Shown here in pieces: positions 28,818 through 38,329 of a stretch of DNA of 64,000 nucleotides. The DNA is taken from the NCBI GenBank assembly GCA_002688435.1, contig NZCW01000030.1, positions 9,013-73,012 of the forward strand. The letters are read 5' to 3'. The notes under the pieces are model-generated. The model was not told the origin of the DNA. It was given only the letters and a program-made list of their open reading frames with translations, and ran no database searches. This DNA comes from Dehalococcoidales bacterium. GTDB lineage: Bacteria > Chloroflexota > Dehalococcoidia > Dehalococcoidales > RBG-16-60-22. The position numbers were made by a program, and so were the translations under genes. How positions within the stretch are numbered: position 1 is the stretch's first letter; each line of letters starts with the position of its first letter.

Positions 28818-30068
28818 TTATTCGTAGTGTAGGGCGTCAATGGGATTTAATCGGGATGCTCTCCATGCCGGGTACATGCCGGAGGCAAGACCGATAAAAA
28901 TGGAGACCGAGAAAGACAGAACCACGATGTCCGGGGACACCACTGCGGCTAGTTTAAAACCGCCAAGGTCTAATTGAGATAATAAGAATGAAAGTGATAT
29001 GCCGCTGGCTACCCCGATACCGCCGCCGACGAAGGTCAGCGCCATCGCCTCGAGTAGGAATTGTAGTAAGATGTCCCGCCGTTTAGCGCCAACTGCCTTG
29101 CGGATACCTATCTCTCGGGTGCGCTCGGTGACCGAGACCAGCATGATGTTCATGATACCGATGCTGCCCACCAGCAGTGAGATACCGGCAATTAATCCCA
29201 GAAAGCCGGATAATATCAGGGTTATCTGACCGACGATTTCCATCACCTGCTCTGGACTGACCACGGCGAAGTCGTTCTTGTCATCACCGGTCAGACGGTG
29301 ATGTCTCCTCAGGATAGTTTCAATCTCATCGGTTACCTCGTCCGTGAGTTCAGTGCTGGTGATCTGAACGCTGATTGAGGCCACGGCGTCTTTACCGGTG
29401 GCGGTCTGTTGGGGGAACAGTCTGGTTTGGTAGGTGGTTATCGGCACGATGACGACATCATCAAAGCTGACCCCGAACATCGCTCCCCCTTTGGACTCCA
29501 AGGTACCAACGACGGTAAAACGCTGTTTTTTCAGTTTGATCTGCTGCCCTACGGGATCTTCGGCATCGAACAGGTCAGTGGCGACTTTACTACCTAGTAC
29601 CACCACCATGTCCCTGCCGGCGACATTACGGTCGGTGATAAATCGCCCACTGGCTAGGGTATAATTCATGACGTCATTATATTCCGGGGTAGCGCCGTGG
29701 AGTAACCCTCCTTTACTCTCACCGCCGACAGTGATGGTGATGAAGTTTTCGTTTATAGGGGCCAGTGTCTCCACGTGGCGGACGCGCTCCAGCGCCCGGA
29801 CATCATCCATGGTGAGGGTAGGTACCGCATAGGCCGGGGAAAGACTGAAGCCTCCCTTCATTTCCGGATTCCGAGGCATTACTTGGAGTAGGTTGTGGCC
29901 TAAATCCTCGTAGGCAGAGGTAATGGTGGCATCGGCCCCCCTCCCCATTGACACCAGAGTGATTACCGAGCCCACTCCGATAATGATGCCCAGCATCGTT
30001 AGCGATGAGCGTAATTTATTGGCGAGCAGTGATCTTATAGCAATGGTCAAGGACCCGATAACCTTCAC
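28818..30068 (-). CDS. MacB/FtsX-type ABC permease
   Basis: RSSLTMLGIIIG, GIMNIMLVSVTERTREIGIRKAVGA and PIDAL. Confidence 0.94.
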   Translation of the reverse strand: MKVIGSLTIAIRSLLANKLRSSLTMLGIIIGVGSVITLVSMGRGADATITSAYEDLGHNLLQVMPRNPEMKGGFSLSPAYAVPTLTMDDVRALERVRHVETLAPINENFITITVGGESKGGLLHGATPEYNDVMNYTLASGRFITDRNVAGRDMVVVLGSKVATDLFDAEDPVGQQIKLKKQRFTVVGTLESKGGAMFGVSFDDVVIVPITTYQTRLFPQQTATGKDAVASISVQITSTELTDEVTDEIETILRRHHRLTGDDKNDFAVVSPEQVMEIVGQITLILSGFLGLIAGISLLVGSIGIMNIMLVSVTERTREIGIRKAVGAKRRDILLQFLLEAMALTFVGGGIGVASGISLSFLLSQLDLGGFKLAAVVSPDIVVLSFSVSIFIGLASGMYPAWRASRLNPIDALHYE

Positions 30069-30104
30069 TAGCAGGCTCCTCGGTCAGAAGTAATGATAGA
30101 TTGT

Positions 30105-30776
30105 CTAGGTAACTTTCTCATCGCTGGCAATCTTTCCATCTAGGAGGCGAATAATCCGCTGGGTCTGATTGGCAATATCTATCTCATGAGTGACGAGGAC
30201 TACGGTGATACCTTCCCGGTTGAGCTGACCGAATATGGCAATAATCTCGGCCGTGGTGGCACTGTCCAAGTTGCCGGTAGGCTCGTCGGCCAGGATGAGC
30301 GTCGGGTTGTTCACTAGTGCCCGGGCAATAGCTACCCGCTGCTGCTCACCGCCGGAAAGTTCAGTGGGTTTATGATTACTACGTTCCGTCAAGCCTACTC
30401 GCTCTAACGCAGCCAAGGCCCGCTGGCGCCTCTGCCGGCCACCACCGTAAATGAGAGGCAACTCAACGTTGGATACGGCGCTGGTGCGAGGTAGAAGGTT
30501 AAAGCTCTGAAAGACAAAGCCTATTTTCTTATTTCTCAGCACGGCCAGCTTGTTATCGTTGAGCCGGCTGGCATCAACCCCTTCCAGCGTGTATTTACCG
30601 ACAGTAGGCTTGTCTAGAAAGCCGAGGATATTCATTAGAGTGGACTTGCCAGAGCCCGAGGCCCCGATAAGCGCCACCATTTCTCCCGGCTGAATATTGA
30701 TCGTGATTCCCATGAGGGCGTTGACCCTCATCTTACCCATACGGTAAATCTTGGTGATATTTTCCAGCTCTATCAT
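30105..30776 (-). CDS. ABC transporter ATP-binding protein (MacB/LolD-like)
   Basis: [17 protein letters not shown] and ADEPTGNLD. Confidence 0.96.
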   Translation of the reverse strand: MIELENITKIYRMGKMRVNALMGITINIQPGEMVALIGASGSGKSTLMNILGFLDKPTVGKYTLEGVDASRLNDNKLAVLRNKKIGFVFQSFNLLPRTSAVSNVELPLIYGGGRQRRQRALAALERVGLTERSNHKPTELSGGEQQRVAIARALVNNPTLILADEPTGNLDSATTAEIIAIFGQLNREGITVVLVTHEIDIANQTQRIIRLLDGKIASDEKVT

Positions 30777-30837
30777 GTTACATCCTCAATCGCCGGTGTC
30801 TTTAAGTTTGTGGTTAGCGTCATCCCGGTTCCGGTGA

Positions 30838-32358
30838 TTATCGTTTGATACGAGTTTCTATCACGGTCTCTTCCTCTCTGAGCCCGTTGATAATCTCCGT
30901 ATTAAAACCGTCACTGATGCCGGTAACCACCGGTCTTGCCGTAATTTCCTCATCAATCACGACCATGACTACATGGTTGCCCTGGTCGTCTTTTTTAATG
31001 GTCCGGTCAGGCACCAGCAGGACATTACTTCGTCTATCGATTATGATGTCGGTCGAAGCGCTCATACCGACTTTTATATCGAAGCCCTCAGGAATATCAA
31101 GTTTTATTTTAACGTCATACAGCATTACCCCGCTGACTTCTTCGGGTAACGGCAGGATGGTGACTACGCTGCCCGTAAACTCGTCATCTGGTAGCGCATC
31201 AAAGGTAACGATAGTTTCTTGGTCTAATTCTACTTTCGGTATATCTATCTCATCTATTTCTACCGTTAGTTCCATACTGCTGATGTTGACCGCGTGGACG
31301 ATGGTCATGGCGGTGGTGACCGTATCTCCTTCCTCGGCGCTGACGCGGGCAATGACCCCATCGAATGGGGCAGTGACGGTGGTCTCATTAAGGTCCTTCT
31401 TGGCTTGGTCGAGAGACTGTTCGGCCTGCTCTACGGACTGCCGGGCCAGTTCTATCGACTGCCGGGCCAGTTCTATCGACTGCCGGGCCAGTTCTATCGA
31501 CTGATGAGCTTGCTCAACCGATTCTTTAGCTGACTCTACCTCCAGCTCCTTCAGGGCTATTTCATCAGTTAGCTTGTCAAGGTCTTTCTGGGCCTGCGCT
31601 TCGGTCATCTCAGTTGCCTCCAGCTCTAGCTTGGCGATGGCTACTTCCTCGGTATCGTAGCTGTTAATCATAGCGTCCAGCGTGCCTTCTGCCGCCGTCA
31701 GCCTTGCCTGAGCGTAAGTCACGGTTGCCGCCGGTAGATTCTGTTCCACAACGTAATTCACGTAGGCTTTCCACTTGTCAACATCTTTCTGCGCGACTTT
31801 AATCTCCGGCCAAGTATAGATATCCTGGGTTTCGTCCAGGTCCTTTTTGGCTGTCTTCACGTCTATCTGGGCATTGAATAAAGCGAGTTCCAGTGTTTCC
31901 TTCTTATCCAGAGTATTATTTAAGTTAAACTCGGCGGTTTGCTGGGCCAGTTGCGCTTTGGTCAGAGCTAACTGTTCTTGGGTTAGGGCTACCTGTTTAT
32001 TGGTTAAAGCTACTCGTTCCTTGGTTAAGTCTACCTGTCCCTTGGTTAGGGCTACTCGTTCCTTGGTTAGGGCTAGTGATAAGGCATCAGTATTAAGCCT
32101 GGCGAGTATTTCGTTCTGGCTAACCTCATCACCCTCCTTGACAAATATCTCTTCTATTTGGCCACCGCTAGCAAAGGTTAACTCGGCTTCACTGACGGCT
32201 TTAATATTACCGCTACCACTAATACTAACGGTTAAATCTCCCTTCACCACTTTCACTAATTCCTCAACTTCCTCCGCCTCACCCAGTGGGTTACAGGCAA
32301 TCAGACCGATTAAAATGAGACCTGTTAGTATACCGCTGGCTATTTTCCATTTTTTCAT
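30838..32358 (-). CDS. Membrane fusion/adaptor protein (MacA-like) with extended coiled coil, probable lipoprotein
   Basis: Lipobox-like LIAC, biotinyl-lipoyl halves VKEGDEV and APFDGVI, and long heptad repeats. Confidence 0.88.
   Translation of the reverse strand: MKKWKIASGILTGLILIGLIACNPLGEAEEVEELVKVVKGDLTVSISGSGNIKAVSEAELTFASGGQIEEIFVKEGDEVSQNEILARLNTDALSLALTKERVALTKGQVDLTKERVALTNKQVALTQEQLALTKAQLAQQTAEFNLNNTLDKKETLELALFNAQIDVKTAKKDLDETQDIYTWPEIKVAQKDVDKWKAYVNYVVEQNLPAATVTYAQARLTAAEGTLDAMINSYDTEEVAIAKLELEATEMTEAQAQKDLDKLTDEIALKELEVESAKESVEQAHQSIELARQSIELARQSIELARQSVEQAEQSLDQAKKDLNETTVTAPFDGVIARVSAEEGDTVTTAMTIVHAVNISSMELTVEIDEIDIPKVELDQETIVTFDALPDDEFTGSVVTILPLPEEVSGVMLYDVKIKLDIPEGFDIKVGMSASTDIIIDRRSNVLLVPDRTIKKDDQGNHVVMVVIDEEITARPVVTGISDGFNTEIINGLREEETVIETRIKR
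31436..31503. repeat. Perfect 21-bp tandem repeat (about 3.2 copies)
   Basis: GACTGCCGGGCCAGTTCTATC at 31436, 31457 and 31478, encoding QSIELAR heptads. Confidence 0.95.
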
Positions 32359-32393
32359 TTAGTACCTCTTCATCAGGCAGAGTGAGTAACTTG

Positions 32394-32885
32394 TTAGGGC
32401 TGTTTCGCCTTACCTATCTTCCTGCACGCTTGTTCCCAGCGCTCGAGTAGAGTAGGGAATTCCTGTTCAAAAAAGGAATATGTGCCTCGCATCTCCTCCA
32501 GCCACTGCCGGGTCAAGGGGTTTTTGTCTTTTACCAGTTCTAGCCCTCGTTCGGCGAGTTGTCGACTTGCTGTAATCTGATCTCCGCTTTGCTTTATCAT
32601 GTGGTGCCAGGCACCGGGCCGGATGCGGAAGTAGTCACGCCGTACGCCGGGCAGGCTGAGCCGCTCAATCATACCGATCCGGATGAGGAGATGGGTCATG
32701 GTGCTGATTGAACCTTTACTGGCCATCAGGGCTTCGGCCAGATCGCTGGTGGACTGGTGCGGCGGGTCGGAGATGAGAAGCCAGCCGAGAATGCGGCCGG
32801 CCATGCGGGGCAGGCCGCTCTGTTCAAAGGACATGCCGACTTCTTCCACAAAGTGCTTTTCTTTCGTGTGTTGCCTATCGTCCAT
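32394..32885 (-). CDS. GbsR/MarR-family transcriptional regulator
   Basis: GLPRMAGRILGWLL, SKGSIST and PGVRRDYF. Heads the exporter operon. Confidence 0.9.
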   Translation of the reverse strand: MDDRQHTKEKHFVEEVGMSFEQSGLPRMAGRILGWLLISDPPHQSTSDLAEALMASKGSISTMTHLLIRIGMIERLSLPGVRRDYFRIRPGAWHHMIKQSGDQITASRQLAERGLELVKDKNPLTRQWLEEMRGTYSFFEQEFPTLLERWEQACRKIGKAKQP

Positions 32886-32943
32886 CTTATGCCTCCTTGG
32901 AGATGGGTCTTGATTATATCTTTATTTTAGCATGTTTTATATA

Positions 32944-32959
32944 TTTAGTTAAGACTAAA
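32944..32959. promoter_or_regulatory. Palindromic operator candidate for the GbsR/MarR regulator
   Basis: TTTAGT-TAAG-ACTAAA, upstream of a minus-strand TATAAT at 32913-32918. Confidence 0.5.
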
Positions 32960-33074
32960 CAAACTGAATTTAAAAAAGCTTTATAAAATTTGTGGTGGAT
33001 AGTAAAAATGACTTAAGAAAGGTATTATTTGCATTTGGTTGATTTCCTACAATGCGATTGGATATACTCAATAT

Positions 33075-33239
33075 ATGACCAAAGGCTCTTTGGTATGCGT
33101 TCTTCTCGTGGTTCTTATAGGGATTATAGCTGGTGCTATTCTCTGGACTAGCGATGTTGCTCGTTTGTGGAAACATATTATGACGCTTGTTATTGGGGTA
33201 GCTGATATTATCCTTATTATGCGTATCTGCGCCAAGTAA
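33075..33239 (+). CDS. Small two-TM passenger protein inside the IS
   Basis: MTKGSLVCVLLVVLIGIIAGAILW...HIMTLVIGVADIILIMRICAK, two hydrophobic helices. Confidence 0.5.
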   Translation: MTKGSLVCVLLVVLIGIIAGAILWTSDVARLWKHIMTLVIGVADIILIMRICAK

Positions 33240-33358
33240 AAACAACATCTTATTTAGCTTCCTGTGTATTCGTATGGAGTCAATCGTTGTGCCTAACAAT
33301 ATGGCCAACAAAGCAAAGGCAAATATCAGCGGCATTATTACCTCTAATGGTAGATTCA

Positions 33359-34333
33359 TTACCTTCTCCTAATTTGTGATAACGATGTCGTTGGTGGCAT
33401 AATGTGTGATTTACGGCGTATAACCCTAACCCGCTTTCGTGGTCTGCCGATATACGTTTCCTGCATACGCATAGTGCCACGTTCTACGTGAGCTACCGTG
33501 ATAGGCTTTGATGGTTTGTGGCGGGTAATATCCGCCCAGTTCTTATAGGGGAAGTCTATCCCCGCCACTTCGGCGGGTGTCTTATCGTCTAAGGCTGTGT
33601 GCGGTCTGAGATAGTTATAGTGGACAAGCCAGCCATCGATGAAGTCTATCGCCGTCTCAATGTTCTTTAATCCCCTCATTACCTTTGTGCGTTGCTTCAA
33701 AGTTTCATGGAAGCGTTCTATCTTCTGGGTATTATCCTCAGCCCTTGCTATGCCACCTTGCCGATGCTCGGTATCTTTGCCATAACGCACGTCTAGGTAT
33801 GATGCCAGTTTATCCGTTATCACGGTAGCAGGCTCTTTGCCCGCCGTCTGAACGGCTCTGTCGTATAGCATCTGGGCATCACGGGTTGTCCTGCTTCGTG
33901 ATATGCGGGTTGCCAGTAAAAACCTGGTCTTATCGTCTATTATGTCCCATAGCCAGACATTCTGCCCATCTATCTCCAAAACGGTCTCATCGGCAATCCA
34001 AGTATCACCTATCTTTTTAGGCTGATAACCCTTAATACTATCCGTAGCATACTGGGTATATTTCATTATCCATTCGTATATCGTGGCAGTTGAAGGCATA
34101 TTGCCATATTCCTGCTGTAAGTTCCTGCGGATTGCCTTAATGCTCATACCTTCGTAATACATATTGAGTGCCGATGATACTTGATTAGCGGGAGTTTTCA
34201 TATGGAATAGGGTGTCATCGGCCTTAAACTTACGCTTACATACTTTGCACCAGTAACGCTGAACGCCTTTGTAAGTGCCGAATTTTACCACGCCTTCGTT
34301 ATCACAATGTGGGCATCTTATTTCATTCTCCAT
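33359..34333 (-). CDS. IS6-like DDE transposase with N-terminal zinc ribbon and HTH
   Basis: CPHC...QRYWCKVC, WIADET, VITDKLASY, IERFHETLKQR and YNYLRPH. RBS GGAGGT. Confidence 0.92.
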   Translation of the reverse strand: MENEIRCPHCDNEGVVKFGTYKGVQRYWCKVCKRKFKADDTLFHMKTPANQVSSALNMYYEGMSIKAIRRNLQQEYGNMPSTATIYEWIMKYTQYATDSIKGYQPKKIGDTWIADETVLEIDGQNVWLWDIIDDKTRFLLATRISRSRTTRDAQMLYDRAVQTAGKEPATVITDKLASYLDVRYGKDTEHRQGGIARAEDNTQKIERFHETLKQRTKVMRGLKNIETAIDFIDGWLVHYNYLRPHTALDDKTPAEVAGIDFPYKNWADITRHKPSKPITVAHVERGTMRMQETYIGRPRKRVRVIRRKSHIMPPTTSLSQIRRR

Positions 34334-34387
34334 TTCCTACCTCCAGTCCATAGGTTAAACTATTTTCAACCAAATGCAAATAATACC

Positions 34388-34627
34388 TTAAGAAAGCAAT
34401 CTGGTAATTACCTGAAGCAGGATGATGGCTACCATCGGGGTGAGGTCAAACGTGCCGGTTCGAGGGATAATGCGGCGTAGTGGTGCCAGAATTGGCTCGG
34501 TGATTCTATCCAGAATATAGGTCGGCGTGTTGGGGCTGGTCTGAAACCAGGACAGGATAACCCGGAGAAAAATAGCGATGGTGAGCACTTCGCATAGAAT
34601 ACCGATAAATTTGAACAGGAATTCCAT
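34388..34627 (-). CDS. YggT family membrane protein
   Basis: RVILSWF, ITEPILAPLRRIIP and FDLTP. Confidence 0.92.
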   Translation of the reverse strand: MEFLFKFIGILCEVLTIAIFLRVILSWFQTSPNTPTYILDRITEPILAPLRRIIPRTGTFDLTPMVAIILLQVITRLLS

Positions 34628-34629
34628 CG

Positions 34630-35433
34630 TTAGTTGCCTGCCAGTTCCCGGGATCGATGGTAGGCCGCGCTGACCGCCTGCTTGACTAGGTTGGTGAGGC
34701 CACCCTTTTCAAACTGGAGCATGGCGGCGGCCGTGGTGCCTCCGGGAGAGGTAACCAGGCGGCGCAACTCGGACGGTGGTTTACCCGATTTGCGGAGAAG
34801 GTGGGCTGAGCCCAGCATGGTCTGGAGTACCAACTCGGCGGCCACCTCGCGGGTCAGGCCGATGTCCATGGCCGACTCCACCAGCGATTCAATGAAGAGA
34901 AAGAAATAAGCCGGCCCACTGCCGCTCACCGCGGTGGCCATATCAAGATATTTTTCTTCATCGACATAGATTTCCCGGCCCATAGCACTAAGGATAGAGC
35001 CGGTCCGTTCTTTCTGCGTTGTCGTTACTTCCGAAGTGGCCGTCCACACGCTCATGCCTTCACCAATCTGGGCGGGAGTATTGGGCATGACCCGGACTAC
35101 CGAGCGGTGGTTGAGTCCTTGACATAATGTTTCAAGTCTAGCGCCGGCGATGATGGACAGGACCAGCTGTTCGGGTTTTAGCTGGTCGCTGATTTCGGTC
35201 ATTGGCTCGGTTAAATTCTGTGGCTTAACGGCTAGGACGACGATATCGCTTTGGTTCACCGCCTGTCGGTTGTTTTCCGTAACCGCCACCCTGTACTTCT
35301 GTGCTAGGTGATTGCGGCGGGTATCGCTGACATCGCTGATACAGGTCTCCTGGACCGTGGTCAGTCCTTTGCCCAGAACGGCGGACAGCATAGCTTCCCC
35401 CATCGCCCCGCCACCAATAAAGGTTATTTTCAT
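34630..35433 (-). CDS. proC: Pyrroline-5-carboxylate reductase
   Basis: FIGGGAMG, AVKPQ, RVMPNTP, SGSGPAY and VTSPGGTT. Confidence 0.97.
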   Translation of the reverse strand: MKITFIGGGAMGEAMLSAVLGKGLTTVQETCISDVSDTRRNHLAQKYRVAVTENNRQAVNQSDIVVLAVKPQNLTEPMTEISDQLKPEQLVLSIIAGARLETLCQGLNHRSVVRVMPNTPAQIGEGMSVWTATSEVTTTQKERTGSILSAMGREIYVDEEKYLDMATAVSGSGPAYFFLFIESLVESAMDIGLTREVAAELVLQTMLGSAHLLRKSGKPPSELRRLVTSPGGTTAAAMLQFEKGGLTNLVKQAVSAAYHRSRELAGN

Positions 35434-35455
35434 AGTAAGGCCGTCCTGATTTCTA

Positions 35456-37915
35456 TTACCTCATCACTAAGTTTACCAGCTTACCCGGGACATAGATTAC
35501 TTTGGTCACCGTCTTGTCCGTCAGGTAGGGTTTTATTTTTGGTCTGTCCGGCGCCAGCTGTCTAGCTTCATCTTCGGTGATGGAAGCCGGTACCGTAATC
35601 CGGTCACGTACCTTGCCGTTGACCTGGACTACCAAGGTAATCTCTTCGTCTTTGGCCAGCGCCTCGTCCCATACCGGCCAGCTTTGATTGTGTATACTGT
35701 ACTCACGTCCGGTTTTCTGCCATAGCTCCTCAGTCAGGTGTGGAGTAGTAGGCGACAGGAGACGGAGCAGCGTGTCTATTGACTCCTCCCAGTCTAGGGT
35801 GGTCACCGCCTGTGCTTCTTTTACTTTGCCTAGGTAGTTGGTGAACTCCATGAGCGCTGCCACCATGGTGTTAAAGTGGAGTCTTCCCAAGTCTTCGGTT
35901 ACTTTTTTTATCGTCTGGTGAGTGGTGCGGGATAGTTCCCGGGTTGCTTTCTGCTTGGTGTCAAGGTTGATCTTTTCCTGCGGGTGGTAGTTTCCCAGCA
36001 CCAGGTTCCATATCCGGTTCAGCCAGCGGCTGATGCCGCTGATGCCGCTGTCATCCCATTCGCCACCCTGTTCCCAAGGTGCCAGGAACATAAGGTAGGT
36101 GCGTATCGTATCCGCGCCCACCTCGGAGACGTAGTCATCAGGGGTAATCACGTTACCCCGCGATTTGCTCATCTTCTGCTTTTCGGCAATAATAATCCCT
36201 TGGTTGAACATGTGCTGAAACGGCTCGTCGAAATCCACCAGTCCCATGTCTCGGATTGCCTTGGAGAAGAAGCGGGAATAGAGTAGGTGCATTACGGCAT
36301 GCTCGGCGCCACCGGTATAGATGTCTATGGGCATCCAGTATTTCACCTTATTGGCGTCAAAGGCGGCGGTGTCGCAGCCGGGGCTGGTATAGCGTAGGAA
36401 GTACCAGTTGGAGCACATAAAGGTGTCCATGGTGTCCGTTTCCCGTTTAGCCGGCGCCGAGCAGCGGGGGCAGGTAGTATTGACAAACTGCTCGTGGTAC
36501 TTGAGGGGGGACTCGCCGGTGGGCTTGAACTCAGCGTCTTCCGGCAGCAGCACCGGTAGGTCTTTCTCCGGGACAGGGACGATACCACACTTATCGCAGT
36601 AGACTATAGGTATCGGCGCGCCCCAGTAGCGTTGCCGGGAAATTAGCCAGTCGCGAAGTCGATAGGTTATGGCCCGCTTGCCCCAACCCTTCTCTTCCAG
36701 CCAGTCACAGACCGCCTCCATACCCTGCTGGTAGGGAAGGCCGTTAAACTGGTCCGAGTTTACCATAGTGCCCGGTCCGGTATAAGCTTCCGCTAGCTCT
36801 TCGTCGGACCAGTCGGGTGGGGCGATGACTACTGGTATTGGCAGGTTATATTTCCTGGCGAAGGTAAAGTCACGCTCGTCATGGGCCGGTACGCCCATGA
36901 CCGCGCCGGTGCCGTAGCTCAGCAGCACGTAGTCCGCAATCCAGATGGGTACCTTTTCCCCGTTAAGTCGGTTGAGGCAGTAAGTGCCGATGAATACACC
37001 GTCTTTTTCTTTCTCCGTTGACAGCCGTTCAATTTCGCTCAGGCGTCTTGATTGAGCGATGTAGTCCTCAACCTCGGTCTTCTTATCCGGTGTTGCTAGC
37101 TTGGCCACCAGCGAGTGCTCCGGGGCCAGCACCATAAAGGTAACCCCGAAGGTGGTATCAGGGCGGGTGGTGAAGACCCTGATCTCTTTTTCTGCTGCGC
37201 TAGGGTGGTCTAGAGCAAAGGAAATCTCGGCACCCTGGCTCTTACCTATCCAGTTACGCTGCATTGTTTTTACCCGCTTCGACCAGATGGTGTCTTTGTA
37301 TTCTAGAAGCTCGTCGGCGTATTTGGTAATACGGAAGAACCACTGCTCTAGGTCTCGCTGACTTACCGTGGCGCCGCAGCGCTCGCAGAAGCCACCGTCC
37401 AGCACCTGTTCGTTGGCCAGTACTGTCTGGCAGCGGGGACACCAGTTGACCGGAGCTTTGCCTCGGTAGGCCAGACCGGCCTCATAGAGTTTCAGGAAAA
37501 ACCACTCGGTCCACTTGTAATAGTCCGGTAGGCAGGTGACTACTTCTCGGCTCCAGTCATAGATGGCGCCGATGCTTCTGAGCTGTCGGCGCATGTTATC
37601 TACGTTCTGCATTGTCCAGATGAAAGGGTGAATGCTGCGCTTGATGGCGGCGTTCTCGGCGGGTAGGCCGAAAGCATCAAACCCCATCGGGTGAAGCACA
37701 TTGTAACCCTGCATTCGCTTGAAGCGGGCGTGGACATCGGCCGGGGCCATGGCGTACCAGTGCCCGATGTGGAGGTCACCCGAGGTGTAGGGGAACATGG
37801 TCAGGGCATAGAACTTGGGCCTAGGGTCATCATCCTTGACCTGGTACAGTTGGTCATCGGCCCATTTCTGCTGCCATTTCGGCTCTATGGCCTGAGGATT
37901 ATAATCAACTGTCAT
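35456..37915 (-). CDS. leuS: Leucyl-tRNA synthetase
   Basis: MFPYTSGDLHIGH, FTTRPDT editing domain and KMSKS. Confidence 0.98.
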   Translation of the reverse strand: MTVDYNPQAIEPKWQQKWADDQLYQVKDDDPRPKFYALTMFPYTSGDLHIGHWYAMAPADVHARFKRMQGYNVLHPMGFDAFGLPAENAAIKRSIHPFIWTMQNVDNMRRQLRSIGAIYDWSREVVTCLPDYYKWTEWFFLKLYEAGLAYRGKAPVNWCPRCQTVLANEQVLDGGFCERCGATVSQRDLEQWFFRITKYADELLEYKDTIWSKRVKTMQRNWIGKSQGAEISFALDHPSAAEKEIRVFTTRPDTTFGVTFMVLAPEHSLVAKLATPDKKTEVEDYIAQSRRLSEIERLSTEKEKDGVFIGTYCLNRLNGEKVPIWIADYVLLSYGTGAVMGVPAHDERDFTFARKYNLPIPVVIAPPDWSDEELAEAYTGPGTMVNSDQFNGLPYQQGMEAVCDWLEEKGWGKRAITYRLRDWLISRQRYWGAPIPIVYCDKCGIVPVPEKDLPVLLPEDAEFKPTGESPLKYHEQFVNTTCPRCSAPAKRETDTMDTFMCSNWYFLRYTSPGCDTAAFDANKVKYWMPIDIYTGGAEHAVMHLLYSRFFSKAIRDMGLVDFDEPFQHMFNQGIIIAEKQKMSKSRGNVITPDDYVSEVGADTIRTYLMFLAPWEQGGEWDDSGISGISRWLNRIWNLVLGNYHPQEKINLDTKQKATRELSRTTHQTIKKVTEDLGRLHFNTMVAALMEFTNYLGKVKEAQAVTTLDWEESIDTLLRLLSPTTPHLTEELWQKTGREYSIHNQSWPVWDEALAKDEEITLVVQVNGKVRDRITVPASITEDEARQLAPDRPKIKPYLTDKTVTKVIYVPGKLVNLVMR

Positions 37916-38112
37916 CCAAGTTCTCCGTCTGAAGAAAAGTTTTTGCGCCGTTGCGGTCTGAAGGTGACCACCTGTATTCCATCAGTGGTCCACAGGGTAG
38001 TCTAACTTAATTTGTCGAGGCTCGTCAATAAAGATGGTGTCCGTTAAGCCTAGGAGGCGTGAGACCGCCGTTATACCCTGCCGGTCACCTGTCCGGCGCT
38101 AGGTAAAAAAGC

Positions 38113-38155
38113 AGAAAGGCTGGACACCACTTTGGGTAAATATCCAGCCTTTCTG
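38113..38155 (-). terminator. Intrinsic terminator downstream of the small zinc-ribbon gene
   Basis: CAGAAAGGCTGGA...TCCAGCCTTTCTG inverted repeat, followed by a T-run on the minus strand. Confidence 0.7.
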
Positions 38156-38188
38156 ATAGGTTGGCTGCTTATATCTAATAAGAACTGG

Positions 38189-38329
38189 TTAGCTCTTACC
38201 TATGCGAAACATCTTGGTGCTGCAGTTGGGGCAGACACCCTGCGCTGCTGGTTTGCCATTTTTCATCGTGATGGACTTGGCATCCTTCATCTCGCGCTTG
38301 GTACGGCACTTCACACAGTATGCTTGCAT
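38189..38329 (-). CDS. 46-aa zinc-ribbon protein (DUF5679-like)
   Basis: MQAYCVKCRTKREMKDAKSITMKNGKPAAQGVCPNCSTKMFRIGKS. RBS GGAGGT. Below the ORF track cutoff. Confidence 0.88.
   Translation of the reverse strand: MQAYCVKCRTKREMKDAKSITMKNGKPAAQGVCPNCSTKMFRIGKS

Larger units (their letters stand above)
33021..34387 (-). mobile_element. IS6-family-like insertion sequence (1367 bp) with passenger region
   Basis: Perfect 22-bp TIRs GGTATTATTTGCATTTGGTTGA (33021-33042 and 34366-34387). 8-bp direct repeat TTAAGAAA at 33013-33020 and 34388-34395. Encodes a DDE transposase. Confidence 0.93.

Noticed and set aside
31436-31503. CRISPR-like repeat
   Set aside because: There are no spacers; these are contiguous in-frame coding repeats and no cas genes are present.
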